Source: Lama guanicoe (taxonomy: Eukaryota). From it: DNA of 64,000 nucleotides. The stretch lies in contig MU053652.1 in NCBI GenBank assembly GCA_013239625.1, forward strand, positions 8,083,027 to 8,147,026. The letters are read 5' to 3'. Each line of letters begins with the position of its first letter. The first letter of the stretch is position 1. Shown in pieces: positions 25,306 through 37,084 of this stretch. The position numbers were made by a program, and so were the translations under genes. The notes under the pieces were generated by a model. It had not been told where the DNA came from. It did not search any database and saw only the letters and a program-made list of their open reading frames with translations.

Positions 25306-26152
25306 AGAACTTTGTGTTTCCCTTAATTGAACCATACAGTATGTAGCCTTTAGAACTGGCTTCTTCATTGAGCATAATTTAATGGAGAGTCACCCATGTT
25401 GTTTCTTGAACTTTTTAAAAACTGAGGTTTTGTTTAGTTTTGTCTCATTTTACTATTTTTCTCTGTACTGTTCTGGAATTTAAAAACTTTATTTCAGTTC
25501 TTTTATTGGTGGTTCTTGAAATTTAACCGCTTATATTTAATTTAACAAAATCTAGCATTACGAATATCATCTCTCTCACTTTTGTAAACAGTATAAGGAT
25601 TTGATAAGTTTATTCTCATCATTCCCTTCCCAATTGAGTATGATTATTGTCTCATATTTTAATTTTCTGCTGTTATTTTGTGTTGACAATATTTATTTGT
25701 TTTTACCCATATGTTTTTGATTTATTTGTTTGCCTATTCTTCTTTCACTTCAGACTAACATGGGACCCATTTTCCCCCTTTTTCAAGTGTATCCTTCAGA
25801 AATTTCTTTAGAGCAGTTCTCTTGGAGATAACTTATTTGTGAATGTTTCCGTTTTTCCTTTTTTTTTTCCTGTTTTTCTTTTTGAAATATAATTTTGCTG
25901 GGTACACAGTTGTGGGTTGATAGTTATCTTCTTTTAATTAGTCCATTATTGCCTTGGCTTCTATTTTTCTGAAGAAATATTTGCAGTGATTTTACTTTTC
26001 TTTCCTTTGTATTAATGCCAGCAAATTAATATTATTCAAAACAGTGGATGATATGTCCTTTATCACTGTTTGCTTTCTGAACTTTGTTATTCTCTAATTT
26101 AGTTATAATATGTATGTTTATGAATTATTTGTATTTACCCTCTTAGGTATAT

Positions 26153-27440
26153 ATATATTTTTAACATTTTTTATTGATTTATAGTCATTTTACAATGTGT
26201 CAAATTCCAGTGTAGAGCACATTTTTTCAATTATACATGAACATGCATATATTCATTGTCACATTTTTTTCTCTGTGAGCTACCATAAGATCTTGTGTAT
26301 ATTTCCCTGTGCTATACAGTATAATCTTGTTTATCTATTCTACAATTTTGAAATCCTGTCTTTCCCTTCCCACACTCCACCCACTTGGCAACCACAAGTT
26401 TGTATTCTATGTCTATGAGTCTGTTTCTGTTTTGTATTTATGCTTTGTTTGTTTGTTTTTGTTTGTTTTTTTTTTAGATTCCACATCTGAGCAATCTCAT
26501 ATGGTATTTTTCTTTCTCTTTCTGGCTTACTTCACTTAGAATGACATTCTCCAGGAGCATCCATGTTGCTGCAAATGGCGTTATGTTGTCGGTTTTTATG
26601 GCTGAGTAGTATTCCATTGTATAAATATACCGCAACTTCTTTATCCAGTCATCTGTTGATGGACATCTAGGCTGTTTCCATGTCTTGGCTATTGTAAATA
26701 GTGCTGCTGTGAACATTGGGGTGCAGGTGTTATCCTGAAGTAGGGTTCCTTCTGGATATATGCCCAGGAGCGGGATTCCTGGGTCATATGGTAAGTCTAT
26801 TCCTAGTCTTTTGAGGAATCTGCATACTGTTTTCCACAGTGGCTGCACCAAACTGCATTCCCACCAGCAGTGTAGGAGGGTTCCCCTTTCTCCACAGCCT
26901 CTCCAGCATTTGTCATTTGTGGATTTTTAAATGATGGCCATTCTGACTGGTGTGAGGTGATACCTGATTGTAGTTTTGATTTGCATTTCTCTGATAATTA
27001 GTGATACTGAGCATTTTTTCATGTGCCTATTGATCATTTGTATGTCTTCCTTGGAGAATTGCTTGTTTAGGTCTTTTGCCCATTTTTGGATTGGGTTGTT
27101 TGGTTGTTTCTTATTAAGTTGTATGAGCTGCTTATATATTTTGGAGATCAAGCCTTTGTCGGTTTCATTTGCAAAAATTCTCTCCCATTCCGTAGGTTGT
27201 CTTTTTGTTTTACTTATGGTTTCCTTTGCTGTGCAGAAGCTTGTAAGTTTCATTAGGTCCCATTGGTTTATTCTTGCTTTTATTTCTATTGCTTGAGTAG
27301 ACTGTTCTAGGAGAACATTTTTGAGATGTATGTCAGATAATGTTTTGCCTATATTTTCTTCTAGGAGGTTCATTGTATCTTGTCTTATGTTTAAGTCTTT
27401 GATACATTTTGAGTTTATTTTTGTGTATGGTGTAAGGTAG
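26153..27440 (-). mobile_element. Relatively young 5'-truncated L1 (ORF2 C-terminus, 3' UTR, poly-A)
   Basis: Minus ORFs 26927-27490 and 26474-26851 are in the same frame and encode L1 ORF2 ([11 protein letters not shown] ... [24 protein letters not shown] ... QPLWKTV ... YTMEYYSAIK), broken by one TAA. Candidate TSD 26137-26152 / 27441-27456 (13/16 identical). Confidence 0.95.
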
Positions 27441-27844
27441 ATCCTGTCAGGTATATTTTTATGTTGTGCTTCCTGGACCTGTGGATTCATATTTTTTAAA
27501 TCAGTTTTGACAAATTTTCAGTCATTACCTTTAAAAATGTTTTCTCTCTTCCATTTTACTGTTTTCTTCTGGGACTCCAGTTTGACATATGCTGGATCAG
27601 GGGCTGGCAGACTTTTTCTATAAAGGGCTTCACAGGCTACATGCAGTCTCTGTTGCAGACTCTTCGTCGTGTTTTATTTTGACAATACAAGGCTGTTCTT
27701 AGCTCACAGGAAGATACATGCTTAGTGGAAAAATATGCCAGACTTTCTTTTCCTCTTTCCCATGACTCTTAATCTCTCATAGTTTTTATATCCTTATCTC
27801 TTTGCAACATTCTATATAAAATCTTTTTATTTCTCTTCCAGCTC

Positions 27845-28445
27845 TCTTAGCGGATAGAGAGACCCCCAAATTGGGAAGCCCCGCAAACAGGTGGGCAAGC
27901 TGCCATCCCTCCCTGCCCAGATGTGGGTCCTTGTTCGTCGACTGAGAAAGAATTCTCAATAGAGACAGAGGGACAAAGTGAAAAAGAAAGCTGCTTTGTA
28001 ACTCAGAGAGAGAGAAGGGAAAAAACAAAGAAAGAAAGCATTTAAGCAGGGAGCCGTCAGCCAGGTAGCCAGTCGGGACAGCTCCGGCCTCCCAATCGGG
28101 CCACGGGGTCTTTTATTGGAAGCCTCTGCCACGCTTACCTTTATTCCGGTGGTGCCAGGCATGTTCTGTTACAGGCCTTCTCCTCTCGAGGAGCTCAGCC
28201 CTAAAACAGAAACTTGGATGGGAAAAAAGAGAACAAAGAAAGAGATACTGAGCTATGTCCTTGGAACTGATGCAGCAGTTGTGGAACATAAAATGTCCTG
28301 TTGTACGGCTGTGTCCTTGGAACTAAGGAGCCAGCTGCGGGATGAGAGGAACAACCTGTTTTTTTTTTTTTTTAACAGCCTGGCACTTTCTTTCCCTTGA
28401 TGTTAGTCAGCCAGAGTTAGTAAGCCTGCCTCATCCCCCCTCTCA
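27845..28445 (-). mobile_element. Solo ERV LTR, about 600 bp
   Basis: 4-bp direct repeat GCTC at 27841-27844 and 28446-28449; minus strand begins TG; CCAAT motifs, internal direct repeat (gtccttggaact x2) and retained CpGs. Confidence 0.65.
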
Positions 28446-29418
28446 GCTCCAATGCTGTGTTCATTGAATTCAACTATTATATATTTTTATTCCAGATATT
28501 CTTTTTCTTTCTTTTTTAATTTGTCATCTAGTAGCCAGAGAACTTCACTGACTACGGTTAATTTTTTTCTGCATAAAGAGCTGTGTTTAGAGTGGAAGTC
28601 CCAAACACAGCTTTTCCACCTCACTACTATTCCAAGTTTTAATCTTTTCTATGCTGTTGGCGCAGAAATCGGCCTTAGGTCCATTTCCCCTACCCCTCTT
28701 CCCGCTGCCAACTTCTGTCGGTGGGCTCCCGGCTGTGCCAGCTCCTTGCTGCCCTGCTCCAGCTCCTGCCTCCGAAGCCTGCCTCTGGGCTGCTCTGGGC
28801 CACCGCGGCCCAGGCTCCCGGGGGCTGTCACACTGTCTCCCAAACCAAAGCTCTTGGTTGCTCAGGCCCTAGTCAGCTCTAAGATCGATCCACATTTATT
28901 CGTTGATATGTTTCTTTTGAGGGCAGAGGTTATCAGTCATCTCTGCTACAATTTGTGAGAACAAAGCTACTAAAAAGAGTGTGTACTTTCCAGCCTATCC
29001 TGGCTGTGGACCTGGCAGGTTCCTTGGGGCATCTAATCAGTCGTAGTGCCAGAAGCACGAATCCTGTGCTGGTTCGGTCTTTAGGAAAAAAATTATTGAA
29101 AAAGTCCTTTCATAAAGAATTGTTCATTGAGTAAGGAAGAGATGGTGATATATTTTAAAATATTTTTCAATATATTCTTCACAGAAGATTTCTCTCAAAC
29201 TTATTATGTTTGAGCTTCTCTTTTTGGTACACATTTTTACTTTCTTTTTATTAAAAATTCACCAATGTTTTTACCTAATGCCATTACTAAGATAATACTT
29301 CAAAATAATGAGCCACATTGTACTATATTATGAACATTACTGTATACCAGCAATGAACTTGATATTTGGTGTAGGAATTTTATGTGTAGTAAATGCATTT
29401 TTTTTTCAATTCAGGAAA

Positions 29419-29830
29419 ATGTCTGACCAGGAGAAAGGCCTTGATGCTCAGAATGCTGTTGATGCATCAGGAGAAAGAAAGACGATCAATATTCCGGTTC
29501 CCTCAGAAAAGGTTCCAGAGTCAGATCAAACTGGAGACAGTGAATCTGAACCAGAACCATCTGCTAGAGGCCAAGAAAGAGGTGCTGAGTTACACAGTGA
29601 CCAGAGCATTTCAAGCCTGGGACTAAATGATGTCGAGCAACGCATGGAAGACGGTACGTCAACTGAACAAGGTTCCTGTTCTCCGAGAGACTATGGAGAC
29701 TCTCTGACTAAGTCTGCGAATGCAGTGCAGTCAGCCAAACAATACACAGAAGACCCTCTGACGTTGCTGGAAAAAATAAAGGCTGGGAAAGAATCTCTGA
29801 AAACATCAACGAAAGATGCTTCAGCAACAG
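29419..29830 (+). CDS. IQUB: IQUB first coding exon (MSDQEKGLDAQN...KDASAT), acidic N-terminus
   Basis: Acceptor ttttttcaattcag| with exon from 29415 and ATG at 29419; donor CAG|GTATTA, phase 1. Similar to the recalled IQUB N-terminus (IPVPSE..ESDQT, SDQS.SSL, KIK..KESL). Confidence 0.9.
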
Positions 29831-30787
29831 GTATTACCTAGGGGTGAGTGGGTGTTTTTTTTTCCCCTCATTTTGAAGAATGGTTGCTTTTTCTTGTTTG
29901 TTTTTGCTTGAAAATTTGTTTTATACTTGATATTGCTTTCCTCTCCCTTATCCATCAACCTTCTATGACTACACCACTTGAATCTCCTGATCATGTGTGA
30001 AGCCCCTCTGCTACTTACTCTGCAGTATCTGCTTTCCCTAAATAAATGGACATCATTAAATTTCAAATTGATATTTATTTTTGCCAAATCAAGTAGGTTT
30101 CTAAAGTGTTTAGGGACATATTTTTAGTATAATTATGAGTCTTTTGCATGCCACTTTGAAATTAATTGTACATAGCCAGCAAGCGGTGGGATGGGAGCTG
30201 GACTCCATGCTTTCCTCATTTCCTAGCCAGTACTCATTCCATGTATCTTGTGGCTTTTATGTATTTCCATGTTTCTGCTTGGTGTTAACTTTATATTGAG
30301 CTCCAGAAAAATCATTGTTGTATTTCATTATAGGTTAATTTTAAAGACATCAGGCTGATGGCTTGGCATGTTGGAGTTATTACTACGCTGTTGGGAACAA
30401 ATCGGGAGGGGAGCAGCAGGAATTCTTCTTGGATGGTTAACTGACTGCTCCTTCTCCTCCTTGTCCATAAGTTTTGGGAGAGTTTCCATTCAGAGGGTGG
30501 AGAACATGGGCTATCATTTAACAGTAACAGCAACTCAGTTTGCCTGGTAGAATGTAGTGTTTGAATCCAGTGAAGTCGTTGGTCTTTGTATGGTGTGTCC
30601 ACACGAGAATGCAAAGGAGAAGGAAGTAATGAAGCCCATTTATACCTAATTGAAGTTATTACCCCTCAGTTTCATTTTTTAGTATAAATTTGAGCTCTGT
30701 TTTTTATTTCTGTGATTCTCTGATATTGTAGCTTATAACAAACACACGGTGACTTAAAAAAAAAGTGGTCTTGATCCTGTACTTCTT

Positions 30788-30971
30788 TTGCTTAACTTTA
30801 TTATTATTTTTAAATTGAAGTACAGTCAATTACAATGTGTCCGTTTCTGGTGTACAGCACGATGTTCCAGTCTTGCATATACACACATACATTCGTTTTC
30901 ATATTTTTTCCATTAAAGGTTATTACAAGATATTGAGCATAGTTCCCTGTGCTACACAAAAGAAACTTTTT
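30788..30971 (-). mobile_element. Short L1 3'-end insertion
   Basis: aattgaagtacagtcaattacaatgtgt ... atagttccctgtgcta, flanked by perfect 17-bp TSD ttgatcctgtacttctt (30771-30787, 30972-30988). Confidence 0.9.
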
Positions 30972-32283
30972 TTGATCCTGTACTTCTTGAGGCTCACAGA
31001 CTCCTTAACACACTTTCCCTTCCCAAAGCTTGGGAAGTAGCTGCTATGAAAAGTTTAACATATACTAATCATAGAATTTTGAATCCAGGAAACAATTAAA
31101 ATAGCCTGTGATAATTTAACATTTGTGAGAGTGTCCTCTCTGTTGATAGCAAACTGTGAAAACAAGTTTTAACGAGCTCAAGGGAGCTTGGCATCAACAA
31201 AGCCTCCTTAAATTTCATGCTGGCATTACTGATAAATGTCTCATGTAGCTTTATGAAAACTGCCCTGCCAGGCGTCTAGAAACATACAAAACTATTTTGG
31301 CCTACAATGTGCACTCTACACTCCATTTTACCTTATTATATCTTCTTCATTAGAATTTAAAGTCTGTAGATGTGAAAGTTTACCCCATAATTAGTTTTTA
31401 AGGACTATATTTCCTTCTTATAATTTGTGAACAGATAATCATTTTATAATTATGGTTTTTCTTTATTTTTAATATGTAAGGGTCTTGATTTTTTATTTTA
31501 TAGAGTTGGGAGTGAGCCACACAGTGTCCATTTTTGTGAAAAGTAGATTTGTACATAGTTATTCCAGATACTTGTAATAAAGTGATCTTCTGTTTTGCGT
31601 TTTGCCAACTATAGATATAAATCAACGATGGGAGGAAGAACGGACTTAGATAATCTCTTGTCGTTGCAAGGTCAAGGAAAATTTCCTTTGAAAATTTCCC
31701 TCTTGGTTTTTTTTTTTTTAACTTCATGAATAGTCACTGATTTCCTGATGCATGTAATCAAAACATGCACGTTTTAAAATTCTGATCTCAGGGTCTCCAT
31801 TTCTAATACTTACAAAAACGCTTGATTTTCTGAGATGTTTCCTATGTTTATATCTGAATAATAGATACTAGATATTGTTTAAAATTTTTAAATGATTTAA
31901 AAAGAATCTTCAAACGAGGTTTAGTTTCATTTCCTATTTCTCCGGGTATCCTGGGTGAGGAGGTAACCTCGAATGTGCAGTGATCCTCCAGCAGGCAATG
32001 GAAGAGAAATCTGAACTCCAAGTTGGATTTGGGGGAGCAGGCATTGGCCATTAATGTTAATTCTTGAGATAATGGACTGATTTTCAAAGCAAAATGTTGC
32101 AACTGAATGACACTTCTCATAGAAAGTGAAAAGTAACTCTTATCACGGAGGTGTGGGAAGACTTGTCAGAAGCAGCCTTATTCTGTGTGATTAAAAATTG
32201 TCCCATAATTCTCTGTCTGCTTGTGGACTCTAGTTTGCTGACCCTTGCTTTTAATTATGACTCTTTTCTCTTTTTATCTACAG

Positions 32284-32418
32284 TAAAAATTGTACTTCTT
32301 CCAGTGGGCCAGAAAATTATAATGCCCTTTAAAATCGACACCATTTTAAAATACCTCCAGGATCATTTTTCATCCCTGTTAGGTGTCCCACCTTATGTGC
32401 TGCAGCTGAGAAGTTCAG
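32284..32418 (+). CDS. IQUB: IQUB coding exon 2, ubiquitin-like domain (VKIVLLPVGQKIIMPFKIDTILKYLQDHFSSLLGVPPYVLQLRSSG)
   Basis: Acceptor tttttatctacag|, donor CAG|GTAAGC, 135 nt, phase 1-1. Confidence 0.95.
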
Positions 32419-34002
32419 GTAAGCTGGAGGCTGGTAAACTTACCGAGACTTATTTTGTCTTAACGTGTAAATAATCAGGATCTTTATTTATCAAACTAAA
32501 TGTCTTGATAATTCCTGCTTGAACATTATATAGTAGTTACACATTCATTCATTCAATGCATTGTTATTGAGGACATACTTTTGTTCTACATACTTTGCTA
32601 ACAACTATCAAGAAACATGAAATAAAAGCCCTGTTTTCAAGTTGTTTACAGACTAGGCAGGAAGAAGACAGGTGCAGTGGTTACCACACGATGTGTGAAT
32701 GTTCTAGTGGAGATGTGCTCAAAAAGCTGTGAGAAGCAGGGAGGGAGGACACTGATCTAGAAAGTTTCATCTAATAAAAATGATAATGCTTGTGCTAAGC
32801 CCCAAAGAGGTGAGAAAACCTGGGAATTTGGGGAAGTGGTAAGAAGCTTAGAGAGACCGAAGTAAACTTTATGTGGGGATTAGGAGGAAATGAAGTTGAA
32901 AAAAAAATAGATGATGAATGAGTGAGTATAGAAGAAGAGGACTGAGAATGGTTTATCAGTCTTCTATATGTTAAGATCAGTTCGCGTTCCCATGATGTTC
33001 ATGTTCGTTTATATTCTGTGGGCATACTGAGCAGCCCACCTTATATTAGCCTTGTGTTATGAGAGAATGTAGTCTTTGTAACTGAGACAGAATTAAGCAG
33101 AGTAGCATAGCTAAATAAATGTTTCCACAGCATATGTGTGCACAGATCATAATATTTTATTAAAAATTGGTATTAACTTATAAAAATGCCAAAAAAGTTT
33201 CCAGGGAAATAAGACCGATTTTTTTATGTGTGTGGGGAAATCCTATGTGCTAAAAAGAAGTAAGCCATACCTATTAAGTTCTTCCTCCTTGTCAAATCCA
33301 AGAAAAACAATCAGTTCAATTTCATAATTATTTCTAGAAAACTGTTGCAATGAATGTGCTCTAACAGTAAAGATGTTCAAATATTCAAACAATTGGTTAT
33401 TAAAGCCTGATAGAGGAAACAGAGCTAAAATTTAAATAGTTATTATAATAATAATGATAAAAGTGATGATGATGATGGTTAATTTGAGCACTTACTGTGT
33501 GCCAATTTTCTACAAAATGTTCTGCCTACATCATCACATTATTATTCAATCCACGTAACAATCCTTTGAGGTAGATATTAACGTTTTTGCGAGAAGCTAA
33601 TGCTTGAGGAACTTGTGTAAATTTTCACAGCCTATGAGTGGCAGAGTTTGAACTTAAATATAGGTATGACTCAAAAAAGGGAATTTTCTTGGTATTAACT
33701 AGAAGGTGAAGTTCAAGATTGGAGAAGAGAGAGCACTTTGAAACTGGAGTAGCTAGCCAGTGGTACCTAAGAATCTGCACTGCCTGAATTTTCTTCTTTA
33801 TGTGTAAGTACCAGGCATCGCCACTGGGTGGCAGGCTTATGTCAGCAGCGGTAGTAAGAGAGCTTGATGCTATGCCAAGCACCCTCTAAGACAGGTACTT
33901 TATTCTCGTACTAGAACTGGAGTTTGAGTTTGGTGGGACCAAGCCTCCTCTAGAGACAATCAGAGGGATGAAGAGGACTCTGTATTAGTCTGAAGAGGAA
34001 TC

Positions 34003-34496
34003 TTTGTTTTTTATGGCTGTTGTAAAAATTAACAATAAATTTGGTGGCTTAAAACAACACATTTTGTCTCTTACAGTTCTGGAGGCCCAGAATTCTTAAT
34101 CAGTTTCACTGCATAAAGAAAATCAAGGCGTCAGCAGGGCTGTTCTCCTTCTGGAGGTTCTGGGAAAGCTTCTTTGCCTTTTCCAGCTTCTAGAGTTGCA
34201 TTCCTTGCATTCTTGGGCTTATGGCATCTTGCTCATCTTCGAAGCCGACAGCATAGCATCTTTAACTCTCTCTCTGTTTCTGTCATATTATCTTCTCTGT
34301 AATCAAATCTCCCTCTTCCTTCCTCCTATAAAGGCACTTATGATTACATTTAGATCCCACCTGGATAATCCAGGGTAATCTACACATCTCAAAATTCTTA
34401 ATAAAATCTGCAGTCACTTTTGCTGTATAAGGTAACATTCATAGATTCTGGGTTATTAGGACATGGATATATTTTAGGGACATTTTCAACCTATCA
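34003..34496 (-). mobile_element. MaLR LTR (MLT1C-like)
   Basis: tggcttaaaacaacac ... cagttctggaggcc ... cccacctggataatccagggtaatc ... ggacatggatat. Confidence 0.8.
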
Positions 34497-35425
34497 GAAA
34501 ACCCAGAAAACATTTTAATTTTCTTAATTAAGAATTTAGGGTGAAATTGAAACTCAAAAGATTTTTGAGTGTGCTTTGAACATAGTTCAAATAGACTAGT
34601 GGTATCTGTTATATTTCTAAGAATGAGTAAGACAAACTTTTGCGATGTTCAAATTCCTAATTGTAATTTAAGAAGACCATATATTGGAAGATTGATACAG
34701 ATTCTATCAGTGAACTTTCCATTATACAAAACAGCATCAAGTAACATTATTCATATTTCTGTATGCCTTGCAGAATGTAGAAATAAAATAATGGTCAAAT
34801 GATAGAATAAACCAATGGGGTTATAAGTTGAAGCAATACAACATAAAAGTAACTTGATGTACACTTTTTTTCAGCAAAAAAGCTGAGGCTTGACTCCGCC
34901 TTGGCAAGAATTAATTTATATGAATTTCTGATTATAGAAACAGACAAAAGAAGGGATTCTTTAGAACTCTGAGTGTATACTTTTCTACCCTTGAGAGAAT
35001 GGTGTGTATTAAAATAATCAGGCTTTCCCTGATGCGGAGTTGTCTTGTGCTTACATATAACACATTGTAATTTTTCTAGAGATTCACCATTTAGCATACG
35101 GTTTTGCTCATATTATAGAATGTGTTTTTTATTTTCAAGTGTTCAGAGTTGCATGGTTATTATATATTTGTATTTCTGATGAATTGAGAGTTGTAGCTTT
35201 ACTTCACTTATAATGATGAATTCCTGCTCAGGAGTACTACTGTAACATTTTCCATTGTGGCGTTTTCTGTACTAACATTATAGCAAGCGGTGGACACCAT
35301 TAATACTCTGGTAACTAAACAATATGCATTCATGTAACCACCTTTGGTGTTTGCCATCCCTGAAAAGGAGTACATATAGTCATTTCTTTGTCATAATACT
35401 TTTTATAATTTTCTCTCATTTTTAG

Positions 35426-35587
35426 GAGTGATTCTTAAAAATAATGAGACATTGCTACAACATGGAGTTAAGCCCCAGGAGGTTGTACAAGTGGAAATCT
35501 TTTCTTTACAGCCAGATCTATATCCACTCAAAAGAATAACTAGATTAAATGATGTCCCTCAAATCATAACTGTCAGAATACAAACTG
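35426..35587 (+). CDS. IQUB: IQUB coding exon 3 (VILKNNETLLQHGVKPQEVVQVEIFS...IITVRIQT)
   Basis: Acceptor catttttag|, donor CTG|GTTAGT, 162 nt, phase 1-1. Confidence 0.95.
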
Positions 35588-35673
35588 GTTAGTAACTTGA
35601 TATCTTTTAGATAAAATATTTTCAAGTACCTTTGTAGTTGAACTTTTATTCAGTCTTGGTTTTATCTCCTCAG

Positions 35674-35846
35674 GCATTGATCTGTACCAGGAAGTGGGTG
35701 TTGAGATTATAAAATCTGATTTTCACAAACCATTTCTTGGTGGATTCAGGCATAAAATAACAGGAATAGAATATCACAATGCTGGAACACAAACTTTACC
35801 TAAAAAGATTCTTGAAAAACAGAATGCATTTTGTAGGGATACCCAG
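35674..35846 (+). CDS. IQUB: IQUB coding exon 4 ([40 protein letters not shown]...CRDTQ)
   Basis: Acceptor atctcctcag|, donor CAG|GTAATA, 173 nt; conserved [10 protein letters not shown] motif. Confidence 0.96.
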
Positions 35847-36055
35847 GTAATATTTTTATTTTTCCATGTAGATTTTTGAAGCTGCAGAATCAACAAATAC
35901 TGTATTGTGTATCTCTCTAAAATTAAAAATCTTCTAAGGAATTATAGTTTTATAAAATAAAAAAGTATTCTCTTAAATGTGTAGGAAAATATGCTCTCTA
36001 CTCTTGATGTGTATATAATGAATACTTATTTAAATTTTTTATGTTTATATTTTAG

Positions 36056-36211
36056 ACAGTTTTTGAGAAAAGAAAGCTCCAACAAACTGCAAATACAACA
36101 TCTACACAGATGACTAAAATTGGTGTGTATGTATCAAATATGACTGATAAACTGGTAACACCAGGAAAATATTTTTCAGCAGCAGAATACCATGCTCAAA
36201 GACTGGAGGCG
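36056..36211 (+). CDS. IQUB: IQUB coding exon 5 ([52 protein letters not shown])
   Basis: Acceptor atattttag|, donor GCG|GTAAGA, 156 nt, phase 0. Confidence 0.96.
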
Positions 36212-36330
36212 GTAAGATAACTTTTATTATAAGTGAATATTAAAAATTAGATGTTTGAGCTTGTTTTTCTGGTGTGTCTATGTGTGTTTCCCTACGCCAC
36301 ACTTGCATGTGAAAGAACCCACATGAGTAC

Positions 36331-36817
36331 TGTGAAAGAAAAAATTACTCTTAACACTCATTAGAGATGGTAAGGCAGGCTTTATTCAAAAGGGGCTACT
36401 ACAGTGGAGTTTTATATTTTGTAGTAGGGAAGAGAGATTGGGCTCAGCTTTGAATATAGGGAAAAGAGGGAAATTATAGCCAAGGAGCAGGGTAGGGGTC
36501 AGTGGATGGAAAATTACTAAGAGAAAACATCTGGAGTAAGGGAGGATTCTAGCTAAACCAACTTAGCAGGATTTTTGCTGAAGGCAGGCCAGAATGATTA
36601 GTCATCATCTGAAACATGGTGCAAGATGAATAACCCGATGGAATATCAAGGGTGATCAGATTTTGAGGGTAGGGATTCTGGTTAAACTGACTTAGCAGGA
36701 TACTTGCTAAAACTGAACAATGTAGAGATGAACACAGAATCCTAAAAATCAAGGCTTAGTTAAAAAAGAGCTCAAAGGAACCTGATTAGAATTTGATCAA
36801 GGAAAGAATCTTTGTCA
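36331..36817 (-). mobile_element. ERV1 LTR (MER31-like)
   Basis: TG...CA ends; minus strand starts TGACAAAGATTC; repeated aaactgacttagcagg motif; poly-A signal (ctttatt on +). Confidence 0.7.
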
Positions 36818-37084
36818 GTGTGAGTCATTTTTTATTGGGAATAAAAGCAGTCTTTATCTCCAGTGTGTCCCCCCACCTCCCCTCCTCAGTGTGAGGAACT
36901 GGAACGCTAAATGCAACTAGTCCTTCCCTTTCCCTTAGGGAATCCCAGGGACTTTGTGTGTTGCCATTGGGCACTATTAGCTTTGTCCCCTCTGTCCCTT
37001 GGCTTCAGTCCCTCTGTCCTTTGGCCTTAACCCTTTTGACAGAATCACCTGTGGAGCTTTCCAGACTAATTGAAATCAAAAGGA

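Noticed and set aside
28452..28958. 168-aa ORF upstream of the IQUB coding exon
   Set aside because: Spans repeat-derived and GC-rich sequence with few stops by composition; no homology or splice support.
29308..29418. 37-codon N-terminal extension of IQUB in the ORF track
   Set aside because: Intronic: it runs through the polypyrimidine tract and AG acceptor at 29413-29414.
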